A stretch of DNA of 64,000 nucleotides, from assembly GCA_021739625.1 (NCBI GenBank), contig JAIPBJ010000002.1, forward strand, positions 13,137 through 77,136. The letters run 5' to 3'. This DNA comes from Flavobacteriales bacterium (lineage in GTDB: Bacteria > Bacteroidota > Bacteroidia > UBA10329). Under the pieces are notes generated by a model. It was not told where the DNA came from. It did no database searches and saw nothing but the letters and a program-made list of their open reading frames with translations. Every line of letters begins with the position of its first letter. Positions within the stretch are counted from its first letter, which is position 1. Shown here piece by piece: positions 1 through 9,041 of the stretch. A program made the translations under genes and the position numbers.

Positions 1-11
1 CACTGAGGAAG

Positions 12-1475
12 TTGGGAGTTAGGGTGTTCATAGCGGTCTATCTTGGGCTGGCAGTGCTTTCGGGCTATTACATCTATGACGGCTACTTCGGGGGGCTGCA
101 ACGGGCGGAGCAGGGCGAGCTGGCCAGACTCAAGAGCATCACCGCCACACTGTCCATGCAGCTGGATGCGGAGGAGTTGGACGCGTTCTTCTCCCGCCAT
201 CCTTTATGGAACACCGACACGCTACGGCTGCAGCAGGACAGCGTCTATCTCCGCTATGTGGAACTGCTGCACAGGGCCTTTGTGGTCAACGGACTCAATA
301 CCCCGGTCTATACCCTGACCCGCGACCCCGTGGCAGGGATGCTCTTCATCGGTGTGGCGAGCAACGGCCCGCAGGTCTATGGCCTTCACTACGACTCTCA
401 CGTGCATGAACACTTGGAGGTTTATGCCTCTGGCGGGGTCATCCCTCGCTATGAGGACGACTACGGCACGTGGCTTTCGGCTCTCTGTCCCATCGTGGAC
501 AGCGGGGGCAAGGTGGTGGCCGCGTTGGAGGCCGACATCCCTTTCGACAGCTTCGTCATGTATGCCCGCAAGGATCTGCTGCGCAATGTGATCTACACGC
601 TGCTGCTCTTTGTGGCGGTGGGTGCGGTGCTGACGCTGTTCATAAGAAGAACCCTTGCCCGGGACGGGGAGAATCGTGATGCGATGGAAATAGCCAACCG
701 TGTCATTCAGCGAAAGAAGGAGGATCTGGAGAGCAGTATTCGCTATGCAGGCCAGATACAGGCCAACATCTACCCTACGGAGGTCGAGTTGGGTGATTTC
801 TTCCATGAGCATGCCGTCCTATTAATGCCCCAAGGGGTGGTGAGTGGTGATTTCTATTTTTTCCAACGGCTGGATGCGGACCATGCTCTGGTTGCCGTGG
901 CCGACTGCACCGGCCACGGGGTGCCGGGTGCTCTTATGAGCATAATGGGCAACGACTTCCTTCACGGAGGCATCCTTCTGGGGCATCGCACCCCCAAAGC
1001 ATTGCTGGAACACCTCGACCGAAGGGTCTGTCAGACCTTTCACAGCACCGGGGCCGCTACTGATGGGATGGACATTGGACTCTGCCTCATTGATAAGGCA
1101 AAGGGAACTATAACCTACTGCGGGGCCAGACGACCGCTTACCATGATTGGGCCGGATGGCGTGACCGTGGTGGAGGGCGCAAGACGTAGCATTGGGCAGG
1201 GTGAACTTCTTGGCGACTCGGTGCCCTTTGAAGAATCCGTGTTGCACATCGAATCAGATACTGCCTATATCATGTATTCTGATGGCATTCAGGATCAGTT
1301 CGGAGGGCCGAGGAACCGCAAACTGGGCCAAAGAACATTACTTCAATGGCTCGGTGATGCTGTCATGGGCCAGCTTTCAGCTTCTACTGCAGCTGCCCTC
1401 CGTCAGCGCATCATCACCTGGCAGGGCAAGGAGGAACAGACAGACGATATGTGTCTGGTGGGGTTCAGGGTCTGA
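12..1475 (+). CDS. membrane-anchored sensor fused to PP2C/SpoIIE-type serine phosphatase (RsbU-like)
   Basis: ORF of 487 aa. N-terminal TM helix and a second TM (VIYTLLLFVAVGAVLTLFI) flank a putative periplasmic sensor region. The C-terminal half has PP2C/SpoIIE hallmarks (GDFYFFQRLD...LVAVADCTGHGVPGALMS, later DG.QD). The listed start is TTG and the frame is open to the window edge, so the true 5' end may lie upstream. Confidence 0.75.
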   Translation: MGVRVFIAVYLGLAVLSGYYIYDGYFGGLQRAEQGELARLKSITATLSMQLDAEELDAFFSRHPLWNTDTLRLQQDSVYLRYVELLHRAFVVNGLNTPVYTLTRDPVAGMLFIGVASNGPQVYGLHYDSHVHEHLEVYASGGVIPRYEDDYGTWLSALCPIVDSGGKVVAALEADIPFDSFVMYARKDLLRNVIYTLLLFVAVGAVLTLFIRRTLARDGENRDAMEIANRVIQRKKEDLESSIRYAGQIQANIYPTEVELGDFFHEHAVLLMPQGVVSGDFYFFQRLDADHALVAVADCTGHGVPGALMSIMGNDFLHGGILLGHRTPKALLEHLDRRVCQTFHSTGAATDGMDIGLCLIDKAKGTITYCGARRPLTMIGPDGVTVVEGARRSIGQGELLGDSVPFEESVLHIESDTAYIMYSDGIQDQFGGPRNRKLGQRTLLQWLGDAVMGQLSASTAAALRQRIITWQGKEEQTDDMCLVGFRV

Positions 1476-1628
1476 TGTGAGGGCTGAAGGAGGAAAATGG
1501 TCGGGCGGAAGAGGTGCTGTTCGGTCAGCCTCCCGACACAGTGGAAGTTTCCGAGTATGAGGCTGTCAGGAAACAGAAGGCGCAGCTACTGACCCCATTA
1601 TCAACCAAATCTTCTAAACCCTTCAACC

Positions 1629-2138
1629 ATGAGAAAAACAACTTACGTGTTGCTCGCTGCCGCGCTTTTCTGCGGCACTGCCCTCATCCAATCCTGTTCT
1701 GAGGAGAATGAGGATGAAATGGAATTCATTGCCGACAATAGCACCTTCGCGGGTTTTGAGGACTGGTCGCTCGACTATCAGGCCGAAGGTGCCGACCCGG
1801 CACTTGCTGCGATGGCCCATGGTGGAAATGACAGTACAGTTACCCGCAGGGTCTATTACAAGGACGGTCAGAATCCCGTGAACGGTCAATATCCAACAGG
1901 AACGGTCATTGTGAAACACTCTACAAGCCCCGCTGGACTTGATGAAGTGACGGCCATGGTGAAGCGCGGTGGCGACTTCAACTCGGCCAACAACGGCTGG
2001 GAGTGGTTCATGCTGATGCCCGATGGCTCCATCGCAGAGATGGAAGGCATGCCCGCCCGCGGTTCCGATCTGATGAACGGCCTGTGCGGTGGCTGCCATG
2101 CCGGTGCCAACAACGATTTCGTTTTCAGCAAGTCGTAG
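1629..2138 (+). CDS. secreted lipoprotein with C-terminal CxxCH heme-binding motif (cytochrome P460 / c'-beta-like, tentative)
   Basis: ATG start, signal peptide with lipobox-like LIQSC, 169 aa. A single CGGCH motif lies about 20 residues from the C-terminus. Size and motif placement resemble the cytochrome P460 family; no search was run. Confidence 0.55.
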   Translation: MRKTTYVLLAAALFCGTALIQSCSEENEDEMEFIADNSTFAGFEDWSLDYQAEGADPALAAMAHGGNDSTVTRRVYYKDGQNPVNGQYPTGTVIVKHSTSPAGLDEVTAMVKRGGDFNSANNGWEWFMLMPDGSIAEMEGMPARGSDLMNGLCGGCHAGANNDFVFSKS

Positions 2139-2333
2139 ATCTTCAGGTTCTGGTCGGTCGGCAGTGCCCTTGGTGGACTTCAATGACAGAGGCACTCTTC
2201 TTCCAACAATATGAATGCGTCTTATTCCTGCATCCTGTCTCTCCACCTGATGACTGTCGTCATCCCCACCCACAGCAAGTGATTACCTTTGCCGTCCGAA
2301 CAGAGAATCATTCATCCTAAAAAATAAAGACCC

Positions 2334-2651
2334 ATGGCCCTTGAACTGACCGATGCGAATTTTGACGAGATAGTATTGAAATCAGACAAGCCGGTGCTGG
2401 TGGACTTCTGGGCGGTGTGGTGTGGCCCCTGCCGCATGGTGGCCCCCATCGTTGACGAACTGTCAAAAGACTATGACGGAAAGGCGATCATCGGCAAGGT
2501 CGATGTGGACAACAACCCTGAGACCGCTGCCAAGTTCGGCATCCGCAACATCCCGACCCTGCTGTTCTTCAAGAACGGGGAGATTGTGGACAAGCAAGTG
2601 GGCGCAGCTCCAAAGCAGACCTTTGTAGCCAAACTCGATGCCCTTGTCTGA
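2334..2651 (+). CDS. trxA: thioredoxin
   Basis: 105 aa with the canonical WCGPC active site and typical thioredoxin length and conservation (VLVDFWA.WCGPCR...[23 protein letters not shown]). Confidence 0.95.
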   Translation: MALELTDANFDEIVLKSDKPVLVDFWAVWCGPCRMVAPIVDELSKDYDGKAIIGKVDVDNNPETAAKFGIRNIPTLLFFKNGEIVDKQVGAAPKQTFVAKLDALV

Positions 2652-2705
2652 TTCTCAGTGATAGGAACGTAGAACGTCATACAGACGTGAAGAGGCTTGT
2701 GGAAA

Positions 2706-2738
2706 GGGCCGGAGAGTCAAACTCTCTGGCCCTTTTTT
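2706..2738 (+). terminator. rho-independent terminator downstream of trxA
   Basis: GGGCCGGAGAG-tcaaa-CTCTCTGGCCC perfect 11-bp stem followed by TTTTTT, about 55 nt after the trxA stop. Confidence 0.7.
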
Positions 2739-2839
2739 CATGCGGTCGTCCCGCACATTCCGCACAACGCACCGCACCCGGTGCTCCCATCTTCCCTGTT
2801 CCCATTTTCCGACCACGCCACAGCAACTACCTTTGCCCT

Positions 2840-3778
2840 ATGAGCATCTCGTTGCACAGCCAGACCGTAAAACAGTTCAGCAGGCTCGAGTTGCTGGCCA
2901 AGCAGGTGGTGGAAGGCTTCATCACAGGGCTGCACAAGAGTCCGTTCCATGGTTTCTCGGTCGAATTTGCTGAGCACAGACTCTACAATACGGGCGAGAG
3001 CACCCGTCATATCGATTGGAAGCTCTTTGGCCGCACCGACAAACTGTTTGTGAAACGCTATGAGGAGGAGACCAATCTGCGTTGCCAGATCGTGATCGAC
3101 ACCTCATCGAGCATGTATTTTCCCATGTCCGATAACAGAGGCGAAGGGCAGGTGAACAAGATCGGATTCTCGGCCTATTGCGCTGCTGCTCTGGTACATC
3201 TGCTCAAGAAACAGCGGGATGCCTTCGGGCTGTCGCTGTTCTCAGACAAGGTGCATGTGCACACCGATGCACGTTCGTCACAGACACAGTTCAAACTCAT
3301 CTTTCAGGAACTGGAGAAACTGCTGTTGCCCATGGTTGATGGGCAACAGGCGCGCAGTTCGGGTGCGCAGGCCCTGCACGAGGTGGCCGATAAGATCAAG
3401 CGCAGATCGCTGGTCATCGTGTTCAGCGACATGATGGAGAATTCCGACCAGAGTCAGGAAGACCTTTGGGCAGCATTGCAGCACCTGCGCCACAACATGC
3501 ATGAGGTCATTCTTTTTCATGTGTTGGACAGGAAACAGGAAATGGATTTCGCCTTCGAGAACCGGCCATACCGTTTCATTGACATGGAAACAGGAGAGGA
3601 GCTCAAACTCAATCCGATGGATGTGAAGGATGCTTACCTCTCGGGCATGGCAGAACTTGAACGCCAATTGAAACTCAAGTGTGGCCAGTATGGCATCGAA
3701 CTCATTCAGGCCGACACCAATCAGCCTTTCGACAAGGTGCTTCTCCCATATCTTCTCAAACGGAAAAAACTTTACTGA
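2840..3778 (+). CDS. DUF58 family protein (vWA-like, Bat/MoxR-associated family)
   Basis: Internal ATG of ORF 2687..3778 chosen as start (MSISLHSQTVKQF...). The conserved DUF58 block FHGFSVEFAEHRLYNTGESTRHIDWKLFGRTDKLFVKRYEEETNLRCQIVIDTSSSM is present. The upstream part of the long ORF overlaps the trxA terminator and is non-coding-like. Confidence 0.8.
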   Translation: MSISLHSQTVKQFSRLELLAKQVVEGFITGLHKSPFHGFSVEFAEHRLYNTGESTRHIDWKLFGRTDKLFVKRYEEETNLRCQIVIDTSSSMYFPMSDNRGEGQVNKIGFSAYCAAALVHLLKKQRDAFGLSLFSDKVHVHTDARSSQTQFKLIFQELEKLLLPMVDGQQARSSGAQALHEVADKIKRRSLVIVFSDMMENSDQSQEDLWAALQHLRHNMHEVILFHVLDRKQEMDFAFENRPYRFIDMETGEELKLNPMDVKDAYLSGMAELERQLKLKCGQYGIELIQADTNQPFDKVLLPYLLKRKKLY

Positions 3779-4536
3779 TGCGATACCCGATCCTCCTCTT
3801 GATGCTTGCGTGTTCCTTTGCGGTCAAGGCCGTGGAGTTCAGTTCAATATCGCGGCAGCAACCTGTCACATTGGTCCAACAGGCAGAATTCGGTGCTTAT
3901 ATGGACATTTCGTTGAAACTGAATGCCGAACAGGCGAGCACAAAGACCCTTTATCTCCGCCTGCGTTTCATCATCGGCAACGACACGTTGCACGACAACC
4001 TGACAGTGACCGGGGCCTATGACGGTGTTGTGAAGCAACTGCTGATGCGCGAAGGAGAAAGGATAACAGCCCAGATATTGCTGAACAATGCCGAGGTGGA
4101 AGAGGTGGGAGGATTGGAGGGGTCGTTCCGTGCAGTACACAATTCCACACTGAGGGTAGGCCCCGACCTTGGTCAGTCATCATTCATCGGCAACGTTTGG
4201 TTACGGGAACAGAACCCGCTTTTCCGTGTCAAGTTTGAAGATGCCGGGCCGCGCGATGTACAGATCATTTTCCACCTCGAAGGCAACTATGAGTATGACG
4301 TACTTCATTTCAAGGTGAAGGTCATCAGCCCAGAACAGGGAATCCTGTTCCTCTCCCGCACCGCTACCGTGACCGATGATGCCGAGCTTCAGCAACGCAG
4401 CAGAACACTACGCCTCACCCTCGAAGGGGTGAATTTCTCGTACCCTGGCAGCTACTATCTGCAGGTGATGCACACCATGCTGCCCGACCGCGTGAACGGT
4501 GTGCAGAAGGTGGAATATGCGGTAGTGCAGCAATAG
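3778..4536 (+). CDS. hypothetical secreted protein
   Basis: Internal ATG (MRYPILLLMLACSFAVKA signal peptide) overlaps the DUF58 stop in ATGA fashion, suggesting translational coupling. 252 aa with no recognisable motif. Confidence 0.6.
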   Translation: MRYPILLLMLACSFAVKAVEFSSISRQQPVTLVQQAEFGAYMDISLKLNAEQASTKTLYLRLRFIIGNDTLHDNLTVTGAYDGVVKQLLMREGERITAQILLNNAEVEEVGGLEGSFRAVHNSTLRVGPDLGQSSFIGNVWLREQNPLFRVKFEDAGPRDVQIIFHLEGNYEYDVLHFKVKVISPEQGILFLSRTATVTDDAELQQRSRTLRLTLEGVNFSYPGSYYLQVMHTMLPDRVNGVQKVEYAVVQQ

Positions 4537-4591
4537 CGCATAATTCTTCCGCCCCAGCTTCTGATACATTTGCCCGTCCCATTGCACACCC

Positions 4592-6007
4592 ATGCCTTTC
4601 AATCGCATCACAACCGAACTTTTAGAGCAATTCACTGCTGTTGTAGGCCCGGCCAACGTCCTGATAGATGAAGAGACGCTCACTGTCTGCGCATCGGACG
4701 AGACCGAAGACCACGTGTTCATGCCGCAGGTGGTGCTCACTCCGGGCACGGCCGATGAGGTCGGAGGTATCCTGAGGCTTTGCGACCGGTACATCATCCC
4801 TGTTACGCCCCGTGGAGGTGGAACGAGCCTTAGCGGGGGTTCGCTGCCCGTGCATGGAGGCGTGGTCGTTTGGATGAAGCGTTTCAATCGCATCATCGAG
4901 ATAGACGAGCTGAATCTGCAGGCCACCGTGGAACCGGGGGTCATCACCGAGGTTTTTCAGAATGCGGTGAAGGAAGTGGGCCTCTTCTATCCGCCCGACC
5001 CCAGCAGCAGGGGAACCTGTGTGCTGGGTGGAAACCTTGCCGCCAACGCAGGAGGCCCCAAGGCGGTGAAATATGGCGTGACCCGCGACTATGTGCTCAA
5101 CATGCAAGTGGTGTTGCCCACGGGCGAGGTGATCTGGACGGCCGCCAATGTGCTGAAGAATTCCACGGGCTACAACCTCACGCAACTGATGTGCGGCAGC
5201 GAGGGCACGCTGGGCATCATCACCCGCATCGTATTCAAGCTGCGGCCCCTGCCCCGCAAGGATGTGACGCTGCTTGTTCCCTTCACCACGAGCGAGGAGG
5301 CCTGTCGTGCCATAAGCGGCATCTACAAGGCCGGCATCACACCATCGGGCATGGAGTTCATGGAGCGCGATGCGATCATGCTCACCATGAAGTATCTCGA
5401 TGAGGTGCTGCACAAGCCTGTGAGCATCGACCTGCCGGACCACATCAACGCACATTTGATCGTTGAGTTGGACGGCAACGATGAGGAGGTGCTGATGCGC
5501 GATGCCGAAATCATCACCCAAGTGCTGGAGAACTATGAAACGGGCGAAGTCTATTTTGCCGAAAGTGCTGAGGAGAAGGAAAGCCTCTGGCGGTTGCGCA
5601 GGAACGTTTCTCCGGGAGTGAATTCATATTCTCTTACCAAAAGCGAGGATGTGGTGGTGCCCCGTGGCAATCTGCCAGCACTGGTCACAGCCATCAAGGC
5701 CATTGGTCATCGTATCGGGTTCCGCTCGGTGTGCTACGGCCACGTGGGCGATGGGAACCTGCATGTCAACATCATGAAGGAAGAATTGCCCGATGCCTAT
5801 TGGCACAAGGAGGTGAACGAGGGCATTGCAGACATTTTCCGTGAGGTGGTGCGGCTGGGCGGAACCCTGAGCGGTGAGCACGGAATCGGCATTGCCAAAC
5901 GGCCTTATATGCACTTGGCGATGCAGGAGGCCAATCTGCGGCTGATGCGAGGTATCAAGGATGCATTCGACCCCAACGGGATACTGAATCCCGGAAAGAT
6001 CTTCTGA
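4592..6007 (+). CDS. FAD-binding oxidoreductase (GlcD / D-lactate dehydrogenase-like, FAD-linked oxidase family)
   Basis: 471 aa. N-terminal FAD-binding PCMH domain with RGGGTSLSGG, plus a C-terminal FAD-linked oxidase domain. Confidence 0.85.
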   Translation: MPFNRITTELLEQFTAVVGPANVLIDEETLTVCASDETEDHVFMPQVVLTPGTADEVGGILRLCDRYIIPVTPRGGGTSLSGGSLPVHGGVVVWMKRFNRIIEIDELNLQATVEPGVITEVFQNAVKEVGLFYPPDPSSRGTCVLGGNLAANAGGPKAVKYGVTRDYVLNMQVVLPTGEVIWTAANVLKNSTGYNLTQLMCGSEGTLGIITRIVFKLRPLPRKDVTLLVPFTTSEEACRAISGIYKAGITPSGMEFMERDAIMLTMKYLDEVLHKPVSIDLPDHINAHLIVELDGNDEEVLMRDAEIITQVLENYETGEVYFAESAEEKESLWRLRRNVSPGVNSYSLTKSEDVVVPRGNLPALVTAIKAIGHRIGFRSVCYGHVGDGNLHVNIMKEELPDAYWHKEVNEGIADIFREVVRLGGTLSGEHGIGIAKRPYMHLAMQEANLRLMRGIKDAFDPNGILNPGKIF

Positions 6008-6031
6008 AGGCCAACGCGGAGTCGCGGTTCC

Positions 6032-6829
6032 TTACCGTTTCACGATGAACCATGGGTTCAGCAGGTTCTCCTTGTTGTAGCGCAATGGAGTGATGCCATC
6101 CTGTTCCGAAACCGTGCATCCAGCGGCCATCGCAATGCCCTGCCCTGCGGCCGTGTCCCACTCCATGGTGGGCGCAAACCTCGGATAGACATCGGCCACA
6201 CCCTCGGCCACCAGACAGAGTTTGAGCGAGCTGCCCATCGACACCATTTCCACCTCGCCATGCTGTTGACGCATCAGATCCACATAAGCGAGGGTCTCGT
6301 CCGACATGTGCGAACGGCTGCCCACCACGGTGAAAACCGTTCTTTCCGGATCTGAATGGAGCATTGTGCCTGCTTGGAAGAGCGCATTCAGGCCGGACAG
6401 TTCCTTCATTGAGCTTTCGTCAATCTTCACCGCGCCCATGCCGTGCACGCCAACATACAGGACGTCTTTCACAGGCACGTAGATGATGCCTACGATGGGA
6501 TCACCTTTCTCCACCAGAGCGATATTGACAGTGAATTCACCGTTGCGCTTCACGAATTCCTTGGTGCCGTCCAAAGGGTCCACCAGCCAGAACTGTTCCC
6601 AGTTTTTCCGCTCCGCGAAAGGGATGTTTCGGCCTTCCTCGCTGAGGATGGGCAGACCGAGCGGTTTCAGTCGCTTCACGATGGCGTGGTGGGCCTGTCG
6701 GTCGGCCTCGGTCAAAGGCGACAGGTCTTCCTTCACATCGACCGTGAACGCGGTGTCATAGACCTTTAGAATTGCCCGGCCCGCTTCCAATGCGGCCTGC
6801 ACAGCTGTGACGATTTCTTCGTTTCTCAT
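6032..6829 (-). CDS. cysQ: 3'(2'),5'-bisphosphate nucleotidase / inositol monophosphatase family (CysQ-like)
   Basis: 265 aa with the IMPase-family metal-binding motifs (EE.....WLVDPLDGTKEF, WDTAAG). Confidence 0.75.
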   Translation of the reverse strand: MRNEEIVTAVQAALEAGRAILKVYDTAFTVDVKEDLSPLTEADRQAHHAIVKRLKPLGLPILSEEGRNIPFAERKNWEQFWLVDPLDGTKEFVKRNGEFTVNIALVEKGDPIVGIIYVPVKDVLYVGVHGMGAVKIDESSMKELSGLNALFQAGTMLHSDPERTVFTVVGSRSHMSDETLAYVDLMRQQHGEVEMVSMGSSLKLCLVAEGVADVYPRFAPTMEWDTAAGQGIAMAAGCTVSEQDGITPLRYNKENLLNPWFIVKR

Positions 6830-6888
6830 CGAGCCGACACATATTGAAAGAGGCGGCCTCCCCTTGGAAGACCGCCTCTATGATGTTG

Positions 6889-6959
6889 AGGTCGCGAGCG
6901 GATTTGAACCGCTGTACGAGGTTTTGCAGACCTCTGCCTAACCGCTCGGCCACACGACC
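6889..6959 (-). tRNA. tRNA-Cys (anticodon GCA)
   Basis: Reverse complement reads GGTCGTGTGGCCGAGCGGTTAGGCAGAGGTCTGCAAAACCTCGTACAGCGGTTCAAATCCGCTCGCGACC-t. It has a 7-bp acceptor stem, an anticodon stem GAGGT/ACCTC with loop CTGCAAA (anticodon GCA) and a T-loop GGTTCAAATCC. CCA is not encoded. Coordinates are +/-1. Confidence 0.85.
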
Positions 6960-7054
6960 CTTTCGAGCATGCAAAGATAGAAAAGATGCGGTTTGCTGAA
7001 AGTCGGTGTGCCGATGCCGTTCCGGGCGGGGCGATCAATGGCCTTTCTGCGCGG

Positions 7055-7414
7055 TCAATGCCTCCAAACGATGCGGCTCTGGCCCAGACTGCCGTTCACT
7101 GGCGGATTGAATTTCGTGAGGCTCACTTCCCATTGGATCACCCACGGATAGGTCTCGGCAAGCCTTTGCGCAATCCTTCGTGCAACGGTCTCGATGAGCT
7201 TGGAGCGGATGGCCATCTCTTCCTTCACCAGGTCGAAGACCACCACATAGTCCACTGTCTTGCTCAGGTCGTCATCCTCGGCACAGGCATCCAGTTCTGC
7301 CTCGGCCATGATGTCCACACGGTATTTTCCTCCGATGCGGCCTTCTTCCTCCAAGCAGCCGTGAAAGGCGTGCAGCCTGATGTCTTCGATATAGAGTTTC
7401 TGGTGGGCCATCAC
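7055..7414 (-). CDS. folB: dihydroneopterin aldolase
   Basis: 119 aa (MAHQKLYIEDIRLHAFHGCLEEEGRIGGKYRVDI...) with typical FolB length and N-terminal motif. Its start overlaps the gltX stop by 4 nt, indicating an operon. Confidence 0.8.
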   Translation of the reverse strand: MMAHQKLYIEDIRLHAFHGCLEEEGRIGGKYRVDIMAEAELDACAEDDDLSKTVDYVVVFDLVKEEMAIRSKLIETVARRIAQRLAETYPWVIQWEVSLTKFNPPVNGSLGQSRIVWRH

Positions 7415-8934
7415 AGTCTGCTAAGGGCCGATTTCAAGCGGGTCGTCACGGTGTCGCGGCCCAGCAGCTCCATCATTTCGAAAAGGACGGGGCCACCTGG
7501 CTGCCCGCTCACCAGCACTCGGAAAAGTTGCATCACGTGGCCCGGATTCATGCCTACGCGCTCGGCAGTGGCCTTGAACTGCGCCTCGATGGCTGCAGCA
7601 TTCCAGTCTATGGATCCCAGATCGGTGGTCAATGCTTCGAAATAGGCTTTGGCCTCAGGATTCCAACGCTTTTCGATGACCTTCCCGTCAAAGCTCTCAG
7701 GAGCTTGGAAGAAGTAATTGCCGAACTCCCAGAACTGGCTGATGAACTGAACCTTCTCTTTCACAAGGGCGCAGACTTTCAACACATAGTCGGGATCGGG
7801 AGTTACTCCGCGCTGCTGCAGATCGGCCGTGAAACGTTCGGCCAACTCCGCATCCGGACGATGGCGCAGATACTGCTGGTTGAACCATTTGGCCTTCTCC
7901 GGGTCGAACTTGGAACCCGACTTGCCTACGCGCTCCAGAGAGAATGCATCGGCAAGTTCTTCCAACGAGAAGATTTCCTGTGCTGTGCCGGGATTCCAGC
8001 CCAGCATGGCGAGCATGTTGACGAATGCCTCTGGGAAATAGCCGCGCTCGCGGTAGCCGCTGCTCTGCTCGCCCGAATGAGGGTCGAGCCAGTTGAGCGG
8101 AAACACGGGGAAACCGAGCCGGTCGCCATCGCGCTTGCTCAGCTTGCCGTTGCCGTCAGGCTTAAGGATCAGGGGAAGATGTGCGAACTGCGGCATCACA
8201 TCCTCCCAGCCCAGATAGCGGTAAAGCATCACATGGAGCGGAGCCGATGGCAGCCATTCCTCACCACGGATCACGTGCGTGGTCTTCATCAGATAATCGT
8301 CCACCACATTGGCAAGGTGATAAGTGGGCATGCCGTCCGATTTGAACAGCACCTTGTCGTCCATCTGTGCGGTCTGCACCACCACCCATCCGCGTATGAT
8401 GTCATGGAAGCGTACCTCCTCCTTGCGGGGAAGCTTGATGCGGATGACATAAGGTTCGCCTGCCTCCAGACGCCTTGTCACTTCGTCCTCAGACAATGTG
8501 AGGCTGTTCTTCATGGTCTGCCTTGTGACGGCATCGTACTGCGGTGAAGCGACCTTGGCCTTGGTGAGCCGCTCGCGCATCTCGGTCAACTCTTCGGGAG
8601 TGTCGAATGCGTAATAGGCGTGGTCGGAAGCAATGAGCTGATCGGCATACTGGCGGTATATGGCCTTGCGCTCGCTCTGCCTGTAGGGGCCGTAGGGGCC
8701 GCCCTGCTTCGGGCCTTCATCAATGGTGATGCCGCACCAGTCGAGCGCCTCCATGATGTAGTCCTCGGCACCGGGCACATAGCGGGTCTGGTCGGTGTCC
8801 TCTATTCGCAGGACGAAATCGCCACCGTTCTTCTTGGCGAAGAGATAATTGTAGAGTGCTGTGCGCACCCCGCCCATGTGAAGCGGCCCAGTGGGGCTGG
8901 GAGCAAAGCGTACGCGGACTTTACGATTGGTCAT
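7411..8934 (-). CDS. gltX: glutamate--tRNA ligase
   Basis: 507 aa with the class I HIGH region (RFAPSPTGPLHMGGVRTALYNY) and a KLSKR-type KMSKS motif. Confidence 0.95.
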   Translation of the reverse strand: MTNRKVRVRFAPSPTGPLHMGGVRTALYNYLFAKKNGGDFVLRIEDTDQTRYVPGAEDYIMEALDWCGITIDEGPKQGGPYGPYRQSERKAIYRQYADQLIASDHAYYAFDTPEELTEMRERLTKAKVASPQYDAVTRQTMKNSLTLSEDEVTRRLEAGEPYVIRIKLPRKEEVRFHDIIRGWVVVQTAQMDDKVLFKSDGMPTYHLANVVDDYLMKTTHVIRGEEWLPSAPLHVMLYRYLGWEDVMPQFAHLPLILKPDGNGKLSKRDGDRLGFPVFPLNWLDPHSGEQSSGYRERGYFPEAFVNMLAMLGWNPGTAQEIFSLEELADAFSLERVGKSGSKFDPEKAKWFNQQYLRHRPDAELAERFTADLQQRGVTPDPDYVLKVCALVKEKVQFISQFWEFGNYFFQAPESFDGKVIEKRWNPEAKAYFEALTTDLGSIDWNAAAIEAQFKATAERVGMNPGHVMQLFRVLVSGQPGGPVLFEMMELLGRDTVTTRLKSALSRL

Positions 8935-9041
8935 CGGACTGTGTTTTGGGGCGGCAAAGGTAGGGTTGCAGATGGCAGTACGCAGGTCGATGAACTATTG
9001 TCAATGACCCGAAAACTGGTGAACAACGGAACGGATGACCG

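Noticed and set aside
2687-2839. N-terminal extension of the DUF58 ORF
   Set aside because: The extension overlaps the trxA rho-independent terminator and has non-protein-like composition. The internal ATG at 2840 gives a typical DUF58 N-terminus.
6889-6959. tRNA-Cys as an integration site for a genomic island
   Set aside because: There is no integrase, direct repeat of the tRNA 3' end, or phage-like genes within the flanking 10 kb. The neighbours are core genes (cysQ, folB, gltX).
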